DNA of 64,000 nt, taken from contig NC_043019.1 in assembly GCF_006345805.1 (NCBI RefSeq), positions 19,467,360 to 19,531,359 of the forward strand, read 5' to 3'. The notes beneath the pieces are model-generated. The model did not search any database, was not told the origin of the DNA, and saw only the letters and a program-made list of their open reading frames with translations. Source of the DNA: Octopus sinensis (taxonomy: Eukaryota). A program made the translations under genes and the position numbers. This document shows, in pieces, positions 1-14,000 of this stretch. Each line of letters opens with the position of its first letter. The first letter of the stretch is position 1.

Positions 1-560
1 AGCAGTGTAGTTGGCAGGGCCATTAGAGCAAAGAAACAGACCTGGAAGGACTGGCAGGGTTGTGGTAGCCAAATACTATTTCAGGTAGCTGGAAGGAATG
101 CTAGGCAGCAGGTATACTTAGCCAGGGAGAACTAGAAAGGAAGAATTGAAACATGGGATGTGACTTTGGAAGAGATGCAAAGGCTTGACAGAAATGAAGC
201 TAATACGTGCTGTGCTGGGTGTGCAATGTCAGTGTGCACATACGACAGGGTTTAAATGTCTTCAGAAAAAAATTGGGTAAAAGAGGCATCCGATGTATGG
301 TGCAAAAGAAACAACTTTGCTGGTATGGTCATGTGATGTATATGGACAAGGACAACTGTGTAAAAAAAGTGTCAATTTCTAACTGTTGGGGGAACCTGTG
401 GAAGAGGTCACCTTAGGAAGACATGGGATGTGGTGGTGAAATATGATCTTGGGATGTTGTGTGAATAGGAGGCAATGACAAGTGATTGAGACCTTTGGCA
501 GTTTAGTGAAATTGTAGTTGTGACCAGTGCCAATTACATGTGAACTGTGCGCCTGTGCTG
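1..560 (+). mobile_element. Decayed, internally deleted RTE-clade LINE fragment
   Basis: 150-500 aligns by eye with the ORF end of the LINE at 8970-9330 (e.g. WYGHV...D.CVKK). Confidence 0.7.
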
Positions 561-802
561 GTGACATGTAAAGAGCAATCGTACCAGTGACATTCTGTTT
601 TTCACATTTGAGTCAATTCTTTTAAACTAAAATGTACTCTGTAGTCTGAAGCTGACTGGTACCAGAATTTAGAGAAATGTCAGACCTTACACTTTTGTTA
701 ATACACACTCCCAAGAGGGTCCCTCCCCTCAGTTAGGAAAAAAATGGAATGGTCTGGACTAACTTAAAAACATTGTTAAACACTCAAGTCAACGAGGATA
801 TG

Positions 803-1658
803 ATATGGTATCAAAAAGTTTCTGGACTAGTTCTGTAGAGCACCAAAAGAGGGCAGCACATGGTTGTGTGTGTGATGAAATCTAGCACTGAGCTTCATGT
901 GGCAATGCAATAAATGACTTTGCTGTGTTTACTTTGCAAGTTGTGAAATTTGTGTTTTTGTGATCATTTGCATGTTGTAGTCTGTGATTTTGTCATAGAC
1001 AAGAAGTTGAAACAAAGAACCAATGTGAAATTTTGCATTAAACTCAAGAAGTCTGCTACAGAGACATTGAGCCTTCTTTGACAAGCTTATGGCATTGAGG
1101 CAGTGGGTCATACACATTGTTCCAAGTGGCATGGGTGCTTCAAAAGTGGAAGAACATCCCTGGAAGATGATGAGTGGTCTGGAAGACAGCTGCAAAGGGC
1201 ATCATCTTGGGAAATGTGGTATTGTCCATCCAGAAATTCTCCTCAGTGTCAGATCATTGAGAGTTCTATTGCAACATTTTGAAGGGTTTAAGGGAGGACA
1301 TCCGGGTTGATAGAGTGTGAAGAATTAGATTCTTCACAGTGGCAATGCACCTTGTCTCTCCTCATTCGTGAGTTTCTTGGCAAAAACAACTTGGTGTCAC
1401 ATCTGCCCTGTTTGCCAGATTTAGCAACTGCAGACTCCCAACTCTTCCCCAAGATGAAAATGAAACTTATAGGTTGCTGTTTTAACAACATTGTCAAGAT
1501 CTTGAACAAATTACAAAAAGTCTTCAACTCACTTAAGGAAAATAACTTCCAGGCTGGATTCCAAAACCTGGGGTTGGTGACTGTTTCGAAAGAGATGATG
1601 TTGAAACATAAGTAAATAAGTTATTTTTTATTAAACATAACTAGGCTGGGAACTTTAC
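803..1658 (+). mobile_element. Decayed mariner-family transposon with internal deletion
   Basis: Pseudo-translation QRTNVKFC.KL.KSATET...FKSGRTSLEDDE.SGR and a C-terminal PxxPDLAxAD..LFPKMK. Imperfect TIRs aaagtttctggactagtt / aactaggctgggaacttt. Confidence 0.75.
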
Positions 1659-2144
1659 AGTTACTAAACCTGTTAGACATAGTTGCTAAATCTCTCTTAA
1701 ATCTTGTCCTGTCTTAATTCTTTTTGGCTATAGCTGGCTGTGAATTTTATTGGTGAATGTTACCAATTCGCTCAAAGATGCTTGAAATAACCTACTCATA
1801 TTTAAATGAAAATTTCAGTGCAAATCTTGTTAATACATTCATGAAGATATGTGGTTTCATTATATAAAGAATTGAGTTACATTGTCTGGCATTATTTTAC
1901 ACAATATTTGAGCAATGCAAAGTTTTTGAAGTTTTTTCCCCATTCTACCAATTTGATTTTCTGAAATGCTTCACTATAGATGCAAACTGAATACCAGTTT
2001 CATGTTGCCAAGCAGTGAGTTTCAATTCAAAGTATTTTTGAAAGAAGACATAGAAAAATGTAGCAAAATGTAGCAAAATGCATGGCAAACATAAAAGCCA
2101 CATGTGTGATTATGAATCAGGTATTTCTATTTACAAAATTGAAA

Positions 2145-2670
2145 CATCATCATCATCGTTTAATGTCCGTTTTCTGTGCTAGCACGGATTGGACGGTTCG
2201 ACCGGGGTCTGGGAAGCCAGGAGGCTGCACCAGCCTCCAGTCTGATCTAGCAGTGTTTCTACAGCTGGATGCCCTTCCTAACGCCAACCACTCCGTGAGT
2301 GTAGTGGGTGCTTTTAACGTGCCACTGGCACAGGTGCCAGGGGAGGCTGGCAGCGGCCTCGATTGGTTGGTGCTTTTTATGTGCCACTGGTATGAAAGCC
2401 AATCAAGGCGGCACTGGCATCGGCCACGTTCGGATGTCCATTTGATATTTATTTTGATGTTGATGTACTTGACTCAATAGGTCTCCTCAAGCACAGCAGG
2501 TCACCCTACAATCCAAGGTCAGCACAGCAGGTCGTTCTGCAATCCAAGGAACTTTGGATGGGCTGAGGCTATGCGAAACTGGTGCAGGAAGCAGCCATGA
2601 ACTCACATTATTTGTCGGGTCTTTGCAGTCACAGCATATCTCTAGAGATCTCGGTCTTTTCTCATTGCCT
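2145..2670 (-). mobile_element. 5'-truncated RTE LINE 3' end with (GAT)n tail
   Basis: Reverse complement of the 9480-10009 3' UTR. Further copies at ~3518-3815, 6745-6800, 7005-7190, 16540-16666, 17175-17267 and 56590-56940. Confidence 0.8.
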
Positions 2671-2953
2671 CTCAATTCTAACAAAATTTCCTATACCAAT
2701 AAAAAAATATTGTACTTGAATATAGTAAGAATTTAAAAGCTATTTTCCCTAGTTATTTTTAGTAAAATATTAGATCTAGCCAAAGTCTTTCCAAGTAATT
2801 GAAACCATTAAATTATTTCTTTTACATTTTCCTTTGAAGTGATTACTTTAGAAATGAATTGTTATTCAGAACATAAGCAAAGAGGAGAAAAAGAAATAGT
2901 TTGAGATTTCTCACATGCTTGGAAGAAAGTTTGAAATCTGAGCATTTTTAGGA

Positions 2954-2956
<3 letters not shown>

Positions 2957-2996
<40 letters not shown>
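2957..2996. repeat. (TG)n microsatellite, one of dozens of TG/CA/TA/CTAT tracts
   Basis: Read directly from the sequence. Confidence 0.95.
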
Positions 2997-3001
<5 letters not shown>

Positions 3002-4399
3002 TGATTTATAAATATTTGTGTTCATATTTACCTCAGTTTTATTTTTTATTTGCCTGTAGGTTGTGTGAGAAATTTTGATTAATTTGTATTGTGAATCATT
3101 ATTATATGTCTGTCTGTGTATTTATGTATGCTTGTGAGTTTATTTCATTTAGTTGATGGCATCTGTTTCGTTCCCCAGTTTTCTTCAATGACAAAATTCC
3201 AGTATTTCATTTCATTTTACCTTTGTTACACCTGTTTCGTTTTGTTTTGCCTTCATGGTCCTCCTGATTTATGTGCATTAAGTTTGACTGATAGGCAATC
3301 CAGTAATTTGCCCAATTCTTTTATGTTAAAATTTTGTCATTATAACTCTTTGAATATTAGCAAATAACCTATTTTCTATACTGATGTTTAGATAAAATTT
3401 AAATAATTTTATATTTGTATTTATCTCTAATTAGTTTTGCTTTGTGACAAAAATTATGAAATAAATTTGGTTAAGAATCCTTTGTTAAATTGTGTACCAA
3501 AAACCACATATGTTCTTTATCATCATCATTATTTCACATCTTCTCTCCATGCTGGCATCGGTTGGATGGTTTGACATGGAGCTGGCCAGACTCTGTCTGT
3601 TATGACAGTTTTTGTGGCTGGGTGCCTTTCCTAATGCCAACCACTTGGCAGAGTGTGCTGGGGGCTTTTTATCCGCCACCAGCATCGGTGTGTTAACACA
3701 GCACTGGCACACGTGCCTTTTATGTGGCACCACCACCTGTAAAAGACAATCCTGTATGTGTGGAAGACAGCAGTTTTACTTAGCTTGACATGTCTCATCA
3801 AGTTCAGCAAATCGCCATTCTGATTGATAAAAAAAGTTGTTTTATGGAACCAGTTGAAATTCTCAATTATTTTAGAACTTAATTGAAACTCATTAGGGGT
3901 GTAATTTGGTTAACACTATAACAACTAAAGGAATAATGTAATTCTAAAGAAAAGACTAGATGGTCATAGTTGGTAAGTTTTTGATCTTGACTCGGTTCAC
4001 TTCTGGCTCGCTTCATCATCATCGTTTAGCGTCTGCTTTCTATGATGGCTTGGCTTTAAATAACAACTTACGTATTCATTTTTGCAGAGGTAAACCATTC
4101 TATTTTATACTAATGAAAGTTAAATGTTTTTGGATATGGACAAAGTAACTGTCCCTGCTTGGAACTAATTCTCTGTTAGATTTCTTATAGTATGATGAAA
4201 GTATATTTATATCTATAAAATTCTCACATTGTGTTTAATTCTGTGGCAGCTGACTTCCTTTATAGCAATAGTTCTCAAAATGATAACCATCCTCTCCTTT
4301 CTACCACTTTGTTAATGAAAAATAGCTTTGAATCTATAGAATACCTTAGGAATTGAAAAATACCTTAGGAATGAGAACTCAGGTTCAAAATTTCCCCAA

Positions 4400-4445
4400 G
4401 ACACCTGATGAAGGCTGGCGGGTATATCAGCCGAAACATTGTGTT
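4400..4445 (+). ncRNA. Minimal type-I hammerhead ribozyme motif in a Penelope-type repeat
   Basis: gacac CTGATGA a ggctg..cagcc GAAA catt gtgtt. Stem I and stem II pair; stem III is imperfect. Confidence 0.7.
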
Positions 4446-4566
4446 AACAACAAACAAGATGAGGACAAATATCCATCAAATGTAAATAATACTTCATCTC
4501 TTAAATAAAGAACTGTATTAGTCTCTCTTTGTCAACCATTTTATGGAGTTTACTGAGTGTTTTATC

Positions 4567-4603
<37 letters not shown>

Positions 4604-4860
4604 GTATGCTTTTACATGCACATATATGCAATGGGCCTCCACTCAGTTTCCACTCACAAAGTACTGGTCAAATTGGAGCAATTGTAGAAAATACTTGTCC
4701 AAATTTCTTTGAAGTTGAATCAAATAGAAAACCACAAATTTCTTAATCATCCCAGAGACATACCTGATTATAGGAATAATTATAATCCCATCTGTAATTT
4801 AGGAGATCTCTCAGCTGAACCTAAATGCCAAATGTTATGTGTGTCCTTGTTTCTTTGCAG

Positions 4861-5003
4861 GTTATTTTGATTTGCTTGAACTTATCATAAACTGCCGAAC
4901 AATAAAGAAAAACGAATTACATATAATCGACAATAATATGAGAACAGCTTTTGATTTACTTGGATTTTGTAGAAATAGTGAATTCCATGAGCGAACACAG
5001 AAT
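4861..5003 (+). CDS. Probable exon of the TRANK1-like gene (ankyrin-repeat segment)
   Basis: Acceptor ttctttgcag| and donor |gtaagt, phase 1 to 0. Encodes GYFDLLELIINC...IIDNNMRTAFDLL, resembling the second half of one ankyrin repeat plus the DxxxxTxxDL start of the next. Linkage to the downstream exons is inferred. Confidence 0.65.
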
Positions 5004-5244
5004 GTAAGTATTTCTTGGGCAACATTACTGGCAACAGTAACCAGAGTTATTGTTGCACACACACACACACACACATCGTTCTCCCTTTATATAGAATGTC
5101 TTGATGGAACACATTATGTTTTGCATTCGTGTTTCGATTCTGGAAACAAAATAAAATGGGTTGATGTACTCTTAACACACCTTGATCGTTGTCGATGGAG
5201 ACCTGGGGGTGCAGTCTTCTTTGTGATCTATCAGACTATATGAT

Positions 5245-5476
5245 CATCTGACATATGGCACCCATTGCATCTGTACAGCCACTAAGAAAAGGAGTGGTCC
5301 CAAGACAGTGTCCTCTGGAACACCGTTCACTATTTGTGTTTTCATTGAGGTGGCTCCATTGGCCACTACTGCCTGACTTCTATCTTTCAGAAAGTCATGT
5401 AACCACTCTAAAAGTTTTCCAGCTATGTCGAGATCACGCAGTTTGTGGCATATCATACCATGATCTACTTTATCAA
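5245..5476 (-). mobile_element. CR1/L2-like LINE reverse-transcriptase fragment
   Basis: DKVDHG...LLEWLHDFLKDRSQAVVANG...GVPEDTVLGPLLF, a decayed GVPQGSVLGP motif. Confidence 0.85.
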
Positions 5477-5544
<68 letters not shown>

Positions 5545-5545
<1 letters not shown>

Positions 5546-6290
5546 TAGCAGAGATACCCTGCGTTGCCCGTGTTACATGCACTTGAAGAATTAGACTTTT
5601 CTGTTATATTTTCTGTAATGAACTGGAATATCTATGTTTCAAATTTCATAAAAATTGCAGATGAGGGTTATTTCCCTCTTTACACACCCTAAAAAAATTG
5701 TAATCGTGCCACATGTATCCCATACTACTGATTTTTATGCGCATATTCCAAAATTCCAGTCTTATTAAACCTGTTAAAAAGATTTTGCTCCTGAAAAATG
5801 GTCATGGAGCTCTAAAATGTGAGAGTTAAGGCCCCTGTTGGGGGTGGGCATCCTAATGTCAACCAGAGAAGTTGAATTGTTGAGAATCTTTTTAACTTGG
5901 GTCTTATATCTATATTGTCTGAATTTCTTTGAAATAGGAAATATATGTTCACTGGGTTTGTAAAAGAGAGCAAAGCTACAGGAAACCAAGACAAATGATC
6001 ACAATAAGCAGTCAGCTACCCCACCCTAGTCGTTACCACTCCCAATGTAGGGTTCCTCACCATCCAGGTGACAGGCACAGCTGTAAGATGCATTACGAAT
6101 CTATAGCAATTGGAAGGGCGTGACCCAACTGAAATCAACATTAACGACTGTGTGACATGAGGGCTAAGGAGAAATTAAAGTGTCACCTCTGGAGTTTGCA
6201 AATGACCACTATACTGATACGTAACTGGACAGAATAAATTTACAATCTATAAATGTCTTTGAATAACCAGTCACTCATCTGTAATATATA
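5545..6290 (-). mobile_element. Non-autonomous Helitron-like element
   Basis: On the minus strand the 3' end is a GC hairpin (cgggcaacgcaggg) followed by CTAG|T. The 5' limit is approximate. Confidence 0.55.
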
Positions 6291-6389
6291 TATATATATA
6301 TATATACATACACACACATACACGCACATGCACACAAATGTATATGACTGTAATAATGCTCCAATTTATTTATTTTTCTTACATTTTAG

Positions 6390-6414
6390 ATTCTGCTTTT
6401 GGCATTGATGCAAG
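6390..6414 (+). CDS. Candidate 25-nt microexon (ILLLALMQ+G)
   Basis: Strong acceptor tttttcttacattttag| and donor AAG|gtaaga. Phase 0 to 1 bridges 4861-5003 to the phase-1 exons downstream; joined to 46296 it reads ILLLALMQ-GYSDIVNALL, which is ankyrin-like. Confidence 0.55.
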
Positions 6415-6683
6415 GTAAGATTCCTGTTTCACATGTATTTTGACCCTTAACGAAGATGGCAAGTTTTCCACAAATCAAAAATTTTAATGATGGTTTGGAT
6501 AATTGCTTTTAGCAACTGGAGAATATGTCTTGTAATTCTCTAAAAGTTCAAGTGTGAAATTGTAATGGGAAATCTGCTGAAACCACCAGAAACAACCTCC
6601 CTTTCCAAGAGTGTTCCTTCCAAATGTTACAACTGGGGACTGAATATAAATTTATGCAGGTGTTACTGCATGCATTATGCCTG

Positions 6684-6726
<43 letters not shown>

Positions 6727-7592
6727 GTGTGTATATGTATATATCATCATCATCATTGTTTAACATACGCTTTCCATGCTGGCATGAGTTGGACGGTTTG
6801 GCTACTCCAAGGGTTCTCTTGTTTTTCAAAAAAATTGTCTGGATTTCTTTTCATCATTGTCCAGTGAGAGAGAGTGTGTATGTATTTTTGTGTGTGTGTG
6901 TGTGTGGGGGGGGCTGTGAATGGAAAAAGAGAAGGAAAGAAAGAAGAAAAAACTGTGTTCACATCTTCGCAGCTGGTCAGTTCTTTCAATAGAAAGTGAT
7001 TCGTCATCATCATCATCATCATTGTTTAACATCCCCTTTCCATGCTAGCATGGGTCGCATGATTTGACTGAGGCTTGGCAAATCAGATGGCTGCACCAGA
7101 CTCCAATCTTGATCTGGCAGAGTTTCTACAGCTGGATGCCCTTCCTAATGCCAACCACTCCGAGAGTGTAGTGGGTGCGTTTTTGTGCGCTATATGATCC
7201 GTAATTTACATGGGAGATAACCGTAAGTAAAGACTGGGAGGGTGTTAAGCCTTTAGAAGTGTTCATGGGAGACATCTGATAGAGGTCAGAGGATAGGGAC
7301 TTCCGGTACAGGTGATGGGGGTGGGAGAGTGGGTGCACCACGAAATAACAAAAAGTCTAACACTGGTGTCAGGGAAAATCATGATAATAGCGAGATGGAA
7401 TTGGGCATTTGAAACTCTTAACTAGAGCTATAACCAAGAGATTTTGGTCAGCCAATCTGTGACAAAATTAGATAAAAAAAAATGAATAAGTGACGATAAT
7501 AAATGCATGTGAAAGAGAGAGAACTGGATTGAGTGAAGGTATCATAGATTTGTTTTTCTTTTTATTATACATATACATATATATACACATAC

Positions 7593-7647
<55 letters not shown>

Positions 7648-8117
7648 CACTTACATATACACCTACATATATACTACCCACACACCTATATATATATATA
7701 CACATACATATATATACAGATACATATATACATATATAATCATACACATGTACATATATAAACATATATAGACTAATTCACATAAACCAAAGAGGAAAAC
7801 TCGAAACAGATTATTAGCTTAACGCTCGGGAAGTGACAAGTCTTTAATGTACACATTTTTTTTTTCTCTCTGCCCTAAGGCACAATTCCTAACACGCCAG
7901 CTCAAGTTTACTCGTCCTGTCGAAAGATGCCTTTTTGTGACGTCCTGCTTTTGTTATTATTATTATCATTATTGTTTTTACGTATTATCGTATTCATTTT
8001 CGTGTTAAATCGTCCATTTTTCCGTCTTTGTTTTGTGTTACATTCAAAGCTTTCTTCCAAGGAATCTAATCTAGTCAAAGATAAACCTCTGTACTTTTTC
8101 CAAGGAATCTAATTAGT

Positions 8118-10009
8118 CAAGATAAACCTCTGTACATGGCTTTCGTGACCGAGAAAGACTGTGACAGGGTACCCCGATCCCTTATTGGTGGTAATGAGGA
8201 AAATAGGGATCGATGAATGGTTAGTGGGAGCTGTGCAAGCCATGTACAGGGAGGGTCAGTAAGGTGAGGGTTGGCAATGAGTACACTGAAGAATTCCATG
8301 TAGATGTAGGGGTCCACCAAGGTTCAGTCCTCAGCCCCCTCCCATTTATCATAGTTCTCCAGGTAATAACAGAGGAATTCATGACACGATGCCCCTGGGA
8401 GCTCTTCTATGCTGATGACATCACTCTAATTGCTGAGTCACTATCAGAACTAGAGAAGTTTCAGGTGTGGAAACAAGGATTAGAATCGAGGGCCTTAGAG
8501 TTAACCTAACTAAAACCAAAGTCGTAATCAGTAGGAAGGTAGACAAATCACAAATGCCTTCAGGTAGATGGCCCTGCTCGATCTGTAGAAAAGGTGTAGG
8601 TAGAAACTCTATAAGATGCACCAAGTGTAAGCTATGGGCACATAAGAGGTGCAGCAATATCAAAGGAAGGCTAACTAGGAAGATGGTTTTTGTATGTGGC
8701 AGATGCTCAGGAGCAATAAACACTGAAAATATGCAGAGAACAACTTCTGCCACATTCCAGGGAGAAAAACTAGAAGTAGTTGATAGCTTCCGTTACCTAG
8801 GTGACCAAGTCAGCAGCCGGGGTGGATGCTCTGAAAGTGTAGCTGCTAGAATAAGAATAGCCTGGGAAAAGTTCAGAGAGCTCTTACCTCTGCTGGTGAC
8901 AATGGGCCTCTTGCTCAGAGTAAAAGGTAGACTGGATGACGCATGTGTACGAACAGCCATGGCAGTGAAACATGGGCTGTGACTGCTGAGGACATGCGTA
9001 AGCTCACAAGGAATGAAGCCTGTATGCTCCGGTGGATGTGTAATGTCAGTGTTCATACTCGACAGAGTGTAAGTACCTTGTGAGAAATGTTGGACCTAAG
9101 AAGCATCAGATGTGGTGTGCAAGAGAGATGACTGTGCTAATATAGTCATGTGGCGAGAATGGATGAAGATAGCTGTGTGAAAAAGTGCCACACCCTAGTG
9201 GTTGAGGGAACCTGTGGAAGAGGTAGACCCAGGAAAACCTGGGATGAAGTGGTGAAGCACGACCTTCGAACTTTAGGCCTCATGAAGGAAATGACTAGTG
9301 ACCGAAACTTTTGGAAATATGCCGTCTGAGAAGACCCGGCAAGCCAAATGAGACCATAATCTCGTGGCCTATGCCAGGGGCGTAACCAGCCCACTTATGT
9401 GTACCTTTTCCTTCTTTGGACACTAAAACTCTGCTTGTGAACACCTGTTGAGGCAAGTGAAATCAAAATCAAATTCGATGACTGGCGTCCGTGCTAGCGT
9501 GGTGCAAAGAGCACCATACAAGTGTGATCGTTGACAAAACGGCCAACCGGCTTCTGTGCCAGTGGCACATGAAAAGGGCACCTTTCGAGTGTGATCATTA
9601 CCAGCATCACCTTACTGGCACTCAAGCCCCATGCTAGTAGGCTGTTAAGAGCACCATCCGAGCATGATTGTTGTCAGAGAGGCTATCAGGCCTCTGTGCC
9701 AGTGGCATGTAAAAGACACCATTCAAGTGTGATCGTTACCAGCATCGCCTTACTGGCACCTGTGCTAGTGGCATGTGTAAAAGATTTGAGCGAGGTTGAT
9801 GCCAGTACTGCCTGACTGGCCCCTGTGCTGGTGGTATGTAAAAGTGCCCACTACACTCTTGGAGTGGCTGGCATTAGGAAGGGCATCCAGCTGTAGGAAC
9901 TCTGCCAGATCAAGATTAAAACCTGGTGCAGCCATCTGGTTCACCACCCCTCATTCAAACCGTCCAACCCATGCTAGCATGGAAAGCGGACGTTAAACGA
10001 TGATGATGA
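8118..10009 (+). mobile_element. 5'-truncated RTE-clade LINE (RT C-half, Cys/His finger, 3' UTR, (GAT)n tail)
   Basis: GVHQGSVLSPL, YADD, VVDSFRYLGD and RGRPRKTW motifs with frameshifts; ends ttaaacgatgatgatgat. Confidence 0.92.
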
Positions 10010-10029
10010 TATATGTGTGTGTCAGCTTC

Positions 10030-10975
10030 ATCATTGTCTTTCAACGATTGCTTTCCCTTCTGGCATGGGTTGGATGGTTTAACTGAGAACTGGCAAGCCG
10101 GGAGATTGCATCAGGCTCCAGTTTGATTTGGCAAGGTTTCCTAATGCCAACCGCTGCAAGAGTGTAGTGGTTGCTTTTTACCTGCCCCTGGCACGGGGAG
10201 CCAGGCAAGCACTGGCATCAGTCAATCTTGAATGGTACTTTTTACGTACCACCAGCATGGGTGCCCATCAGGCAGCAGCACTGACTTCAGCCATGATTGA
10301 ATGGTGCTTTTTACGTGCTACTGGCATGGGCATTGGCCATGACCACAATTTCACTCGGTTCAACAGGTCTTCACAAGCACAGCATACCACCCAACCATTG
10401 AAGGGTTCTTTTAAATGGGCCGGTTATGCGATAATGGCATTGGACATGTCTGTGATCTCACTTGGCTTGCTGAATCTTCTCAAGCATGGCATATCTCCAA
10501 AGGTCCTAGACACCTGTGAGGCCTAACATTCAAAGGTCATGCTTCACCACCTCATCCTGTGTTCTCCTGGATGTCCCCCTTCCACTTTTAGGGTTTGACA
10601 CTTCTTCACACGGCTGTCCTCATCCATACACATCACATGACCATACCAGCGCAGTCGTCTCTCTTGCACACCACACCTGATGCTTCTTATGTCCAACTTT
10701 TCTCAGGGTGCTTACACTCTGTTATGTCTGCACACTGACATTATACATCCAACAGAGCATAGCTGTTCGCACGCAGGCATCATAAAGTCTAACTTTCACA
10801 CTTTCACTTTGTTACCAACAGAAGTAGGAGCTCTCTGAACTTTGCCCAGACTATTCTTAGCTACCCCCTCAAAGCATCCACCCCTGCTACTGACTTGTTC
10901 ACCCAGGTTACAGAAGCTACCAACTACTTGTAGTTTTCCTCCTTGGCATATGAAGGAATGTTTTCTGTACATTTA
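10030..10975 (-). mobile_element. Second RTE 3' fragment, tail-to-tail with the previous one
   Basis: Reverse complement of parts of 8750-9300 and of the 3' UTR. Confidence 0.8.
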
Positions 10976-11059
10976 TATTGATATATATATATATATGTAA
11001 TTATGGGGATAAGGAAAAGCTGGAAACTTTCAGATGAAGAATTTATGTGTATAAATATA

Positions 11060-14000
11060 TATATATATATATATTTACATAAATAGGTTCAACTTACACA
11101 TAGTACAGATGACAGAGAAAATTAATGGGGTGGAAGAAAGATATGAGTCCAGCATTTGTTTCTGGGGACTTGGCAATTCATAATAATGTTGGTAGATTTA
11201 GTCCGTCACAAAATATGGCCTTATGGATGCATTTAACACAGGATGCAATGGTGCCTCCATCATCAGGGTAGAAATCTTACATTTCTGATCTTAATGCAGA
11301 GAAGTTAAAAGATGGAATGATTAATTGTGGAGAGTTAAGTGTATTAGAGTGGAGATTGGGAAGTATTAAGACAGGGAATGGTGAGAAGAATAAAGATAGC
11401 TCAAGAAGAGTGAGAGATTAATGAGTCTAGTAGAGGGAGTAGGAGAGCCTAGTGTGTAGTAGAGGTGGTGAGTAGGTAGGTGAAAAGAAGAATGTGGTAG
11501 TCTATTGTGTTGAGTGAAACTTTAGGCAAGAAAGCTATAGAATTATTGGTTTAGATGGTGGGAAAAGGAATGGCAATGATTTCAAGGAAGTAAGGTGTCT
11601 AGTTCAGTGGTATCGGGAGTTTACTAAGGTATGTAGAAAGGTATTAGAGAAGATAGAGGGTGGGGGAGATAGCAGTGGTTTTAGGATATTAAAGAAAAAT
11701 TTGGATAGAGATTTAACTTGGAGGGAGAAGGTGATGCAAACCATAGGATCTCCTGCTTCTTGCCCTTAAAATGTTTAGAGAGTGTGGTTATAGTGGGTGG
11801 ATCTAAATAGGGAGGCTTATAGCTATTATAGGTTTTAGGTGGCCAGTGGGTCTGTTGAGTGTGATGCATATAAGGTTTTTAAGTATTGATGGGTTAATAT
11901 TGAGTGGAAGAAAGGTCTATGGATTCAGGGTTAGTATTGGGAAAGATGTGTAATTTTTGTTTTAAGCTTAGTATTGGGGATATTGGGGCTTGACTGTTAA
12001 AAATTTCTTAATTAGCAGATAAGTTGAAGATTCTGATAGAAATGCCTGTGACTATGCTGTTAATGTTAAGTTTAGGGTGAGTTGATTGGATATTGATATA
12101 TTGTAAAGATTGATTGGGTTTATGGAAAAGGTGGTATAGATTTGTATTCAAGTCCAGAGTAACATCTAAGAAATTGGCCACCTTAGTGTCATTTTTGAAT
12201 GAGATACTCAGGTTGTAGTTTTTCAAAATTTTATGTAGGTCTTTCTTAGTGTGTTCCAGAGAAGGCTGTGATAATTCAGTTTCTGTAATGAGTGCAACAT
12301 CCCTGTAGAGCCCTCTGGAAAGGTTGGGCAACTAGGTCAGTAACCTGGGCTGAGTCAGCTCTGTCTATGGTTATATTGAAGAAATCAGTAGAGGCATGGT
12401 GGGTCTAGTAATTATCTTTAACCTTTTCGTTACTGTATTTCTGACCAAAATACACCCCTCATGAGTTTCAATTAAATTCTAAAATAATCATGAATTTAGA
12501 CTAGTTTCATTAAACAACTAACTTTTTTTATTTATCAACATATTAATGTGATTTTTGGAACACAATTGAAGGGTTCTTAATTCTGTTGCATAACTTTTGC
12601 CTCAAAGCAACTCTAATTACAGGTAAATACAGGTAAACTGAGCAAAATATAAAAATATTAAAATTTCGTTTAAGCATCACCATAGAAAATGAGTCATCAG
12701 CTAATATTCAATTGGGTATGCTACAAAATTTTAATATAGAAGAATTGTGCACATCACTAGAATATCAGTTGAATTTAATGCACATAAGAACAGGTAAAGG
12801 TAAAATCAACTCAAATACCGGAATTTATTTTTGAAGAAAACTAAAAAATTAAATACATCAACTAAATGAGATATACTCAAATACGTCCATGAATACACAA
12901 GAACATATATGATAAAGATTTACAATAGAAATTAAATCAAAACTTGTCACTCCTCTTACAGGCAAATTAAAATCACAAGTAAATAAATTTGAAAAATATT
13001 TATACAATCTTTTCATACATATATACAAATAATATTCACACAATATTTCTATAATCGAGACTTGTAAAACATCCCCCTCTACATACTGCAACCTTGCAGA
13101 ATGCACATTGGAAGGATGTTTCAACTGGCCGTCCACTAGGAGTTTTCCTTTGTTGTTGTAGACATTCACAGCACTGCCTGTTTTGACCCCCAATTTTTTC
13201 TAACTTATAGGGATTGGCTGAATTCAGAGGAATATCTCTTTGGCAGCTTTTACTTTTCCTTCCTGCAGTTATTTTTGGGGAGGAATAACCTGCCCTCAAC
13301 TGCATTTCTACATCTGTTCAGAACTGCAGATGGTAGTACCACTTGCGAACCCTTCTTGATTTGGTATATAATATAAATGCATTTACAATGGTCATGTTTA
13401 CTATACCAAACCAGGTATTGCCACCATTTATTACCCGGTCTACCAACCGGATATTAACTCATCATCTGGTTCAGCCGATCCACACCTCCCATGTACCTGT
13501 TATAATCGACGTTCACAGACATTTCCATCTACACATGATTGTGCACTGATAGACAGAAAATTTATCTGCCTCTTATCTCCGTGGTTACTAGCAGATTTCC
13601 TTTCTGCTTTTGCATTATTTCACCTCCTTTTTTAAAATTTTGCTATTTTTATATCCAACGGCAGCCCTTTTCTACTAGCAATAATGTAGCATACGTATAT
13701 GTTGTCACGGCTTCTAAATCCACTGTAAGTTTGACCAAACTAAGAAAATTGGTCAAAAAATAATATACAGCCCTGGTTATGGTATGAAAGTGATAAATTC
13801 CCGGACACATCGTACCCTAGGCCATGCTGACTAACATAATTCTCTTTTCCCAGTATAAACACTGAACCCACAGTAGTACCCAGTATTTGCTTTGCAAATT
13901 TTCCAAACATTGATCCCCCACTTTGTGGGCATATACTGTTGGAAGCGTGCCCTTCCTTTATACCCCACCATGCCCTCATCGATGGATAAGTATGTCAGGG

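Noticed and set aside
1734-2120. Possible upstream exon ending at a phase-1 donor (TCAG|gtattt)
   Set aside because: Stops occur in every frame read, and there is no good acceptor for the short open part.
7468-7771. YIYI/HTHT/CVCV ORFs here and at ~29400, 37700, 60600, 61700 and 62700
   Set aside because: They are translations of TA/CA microsatellites.
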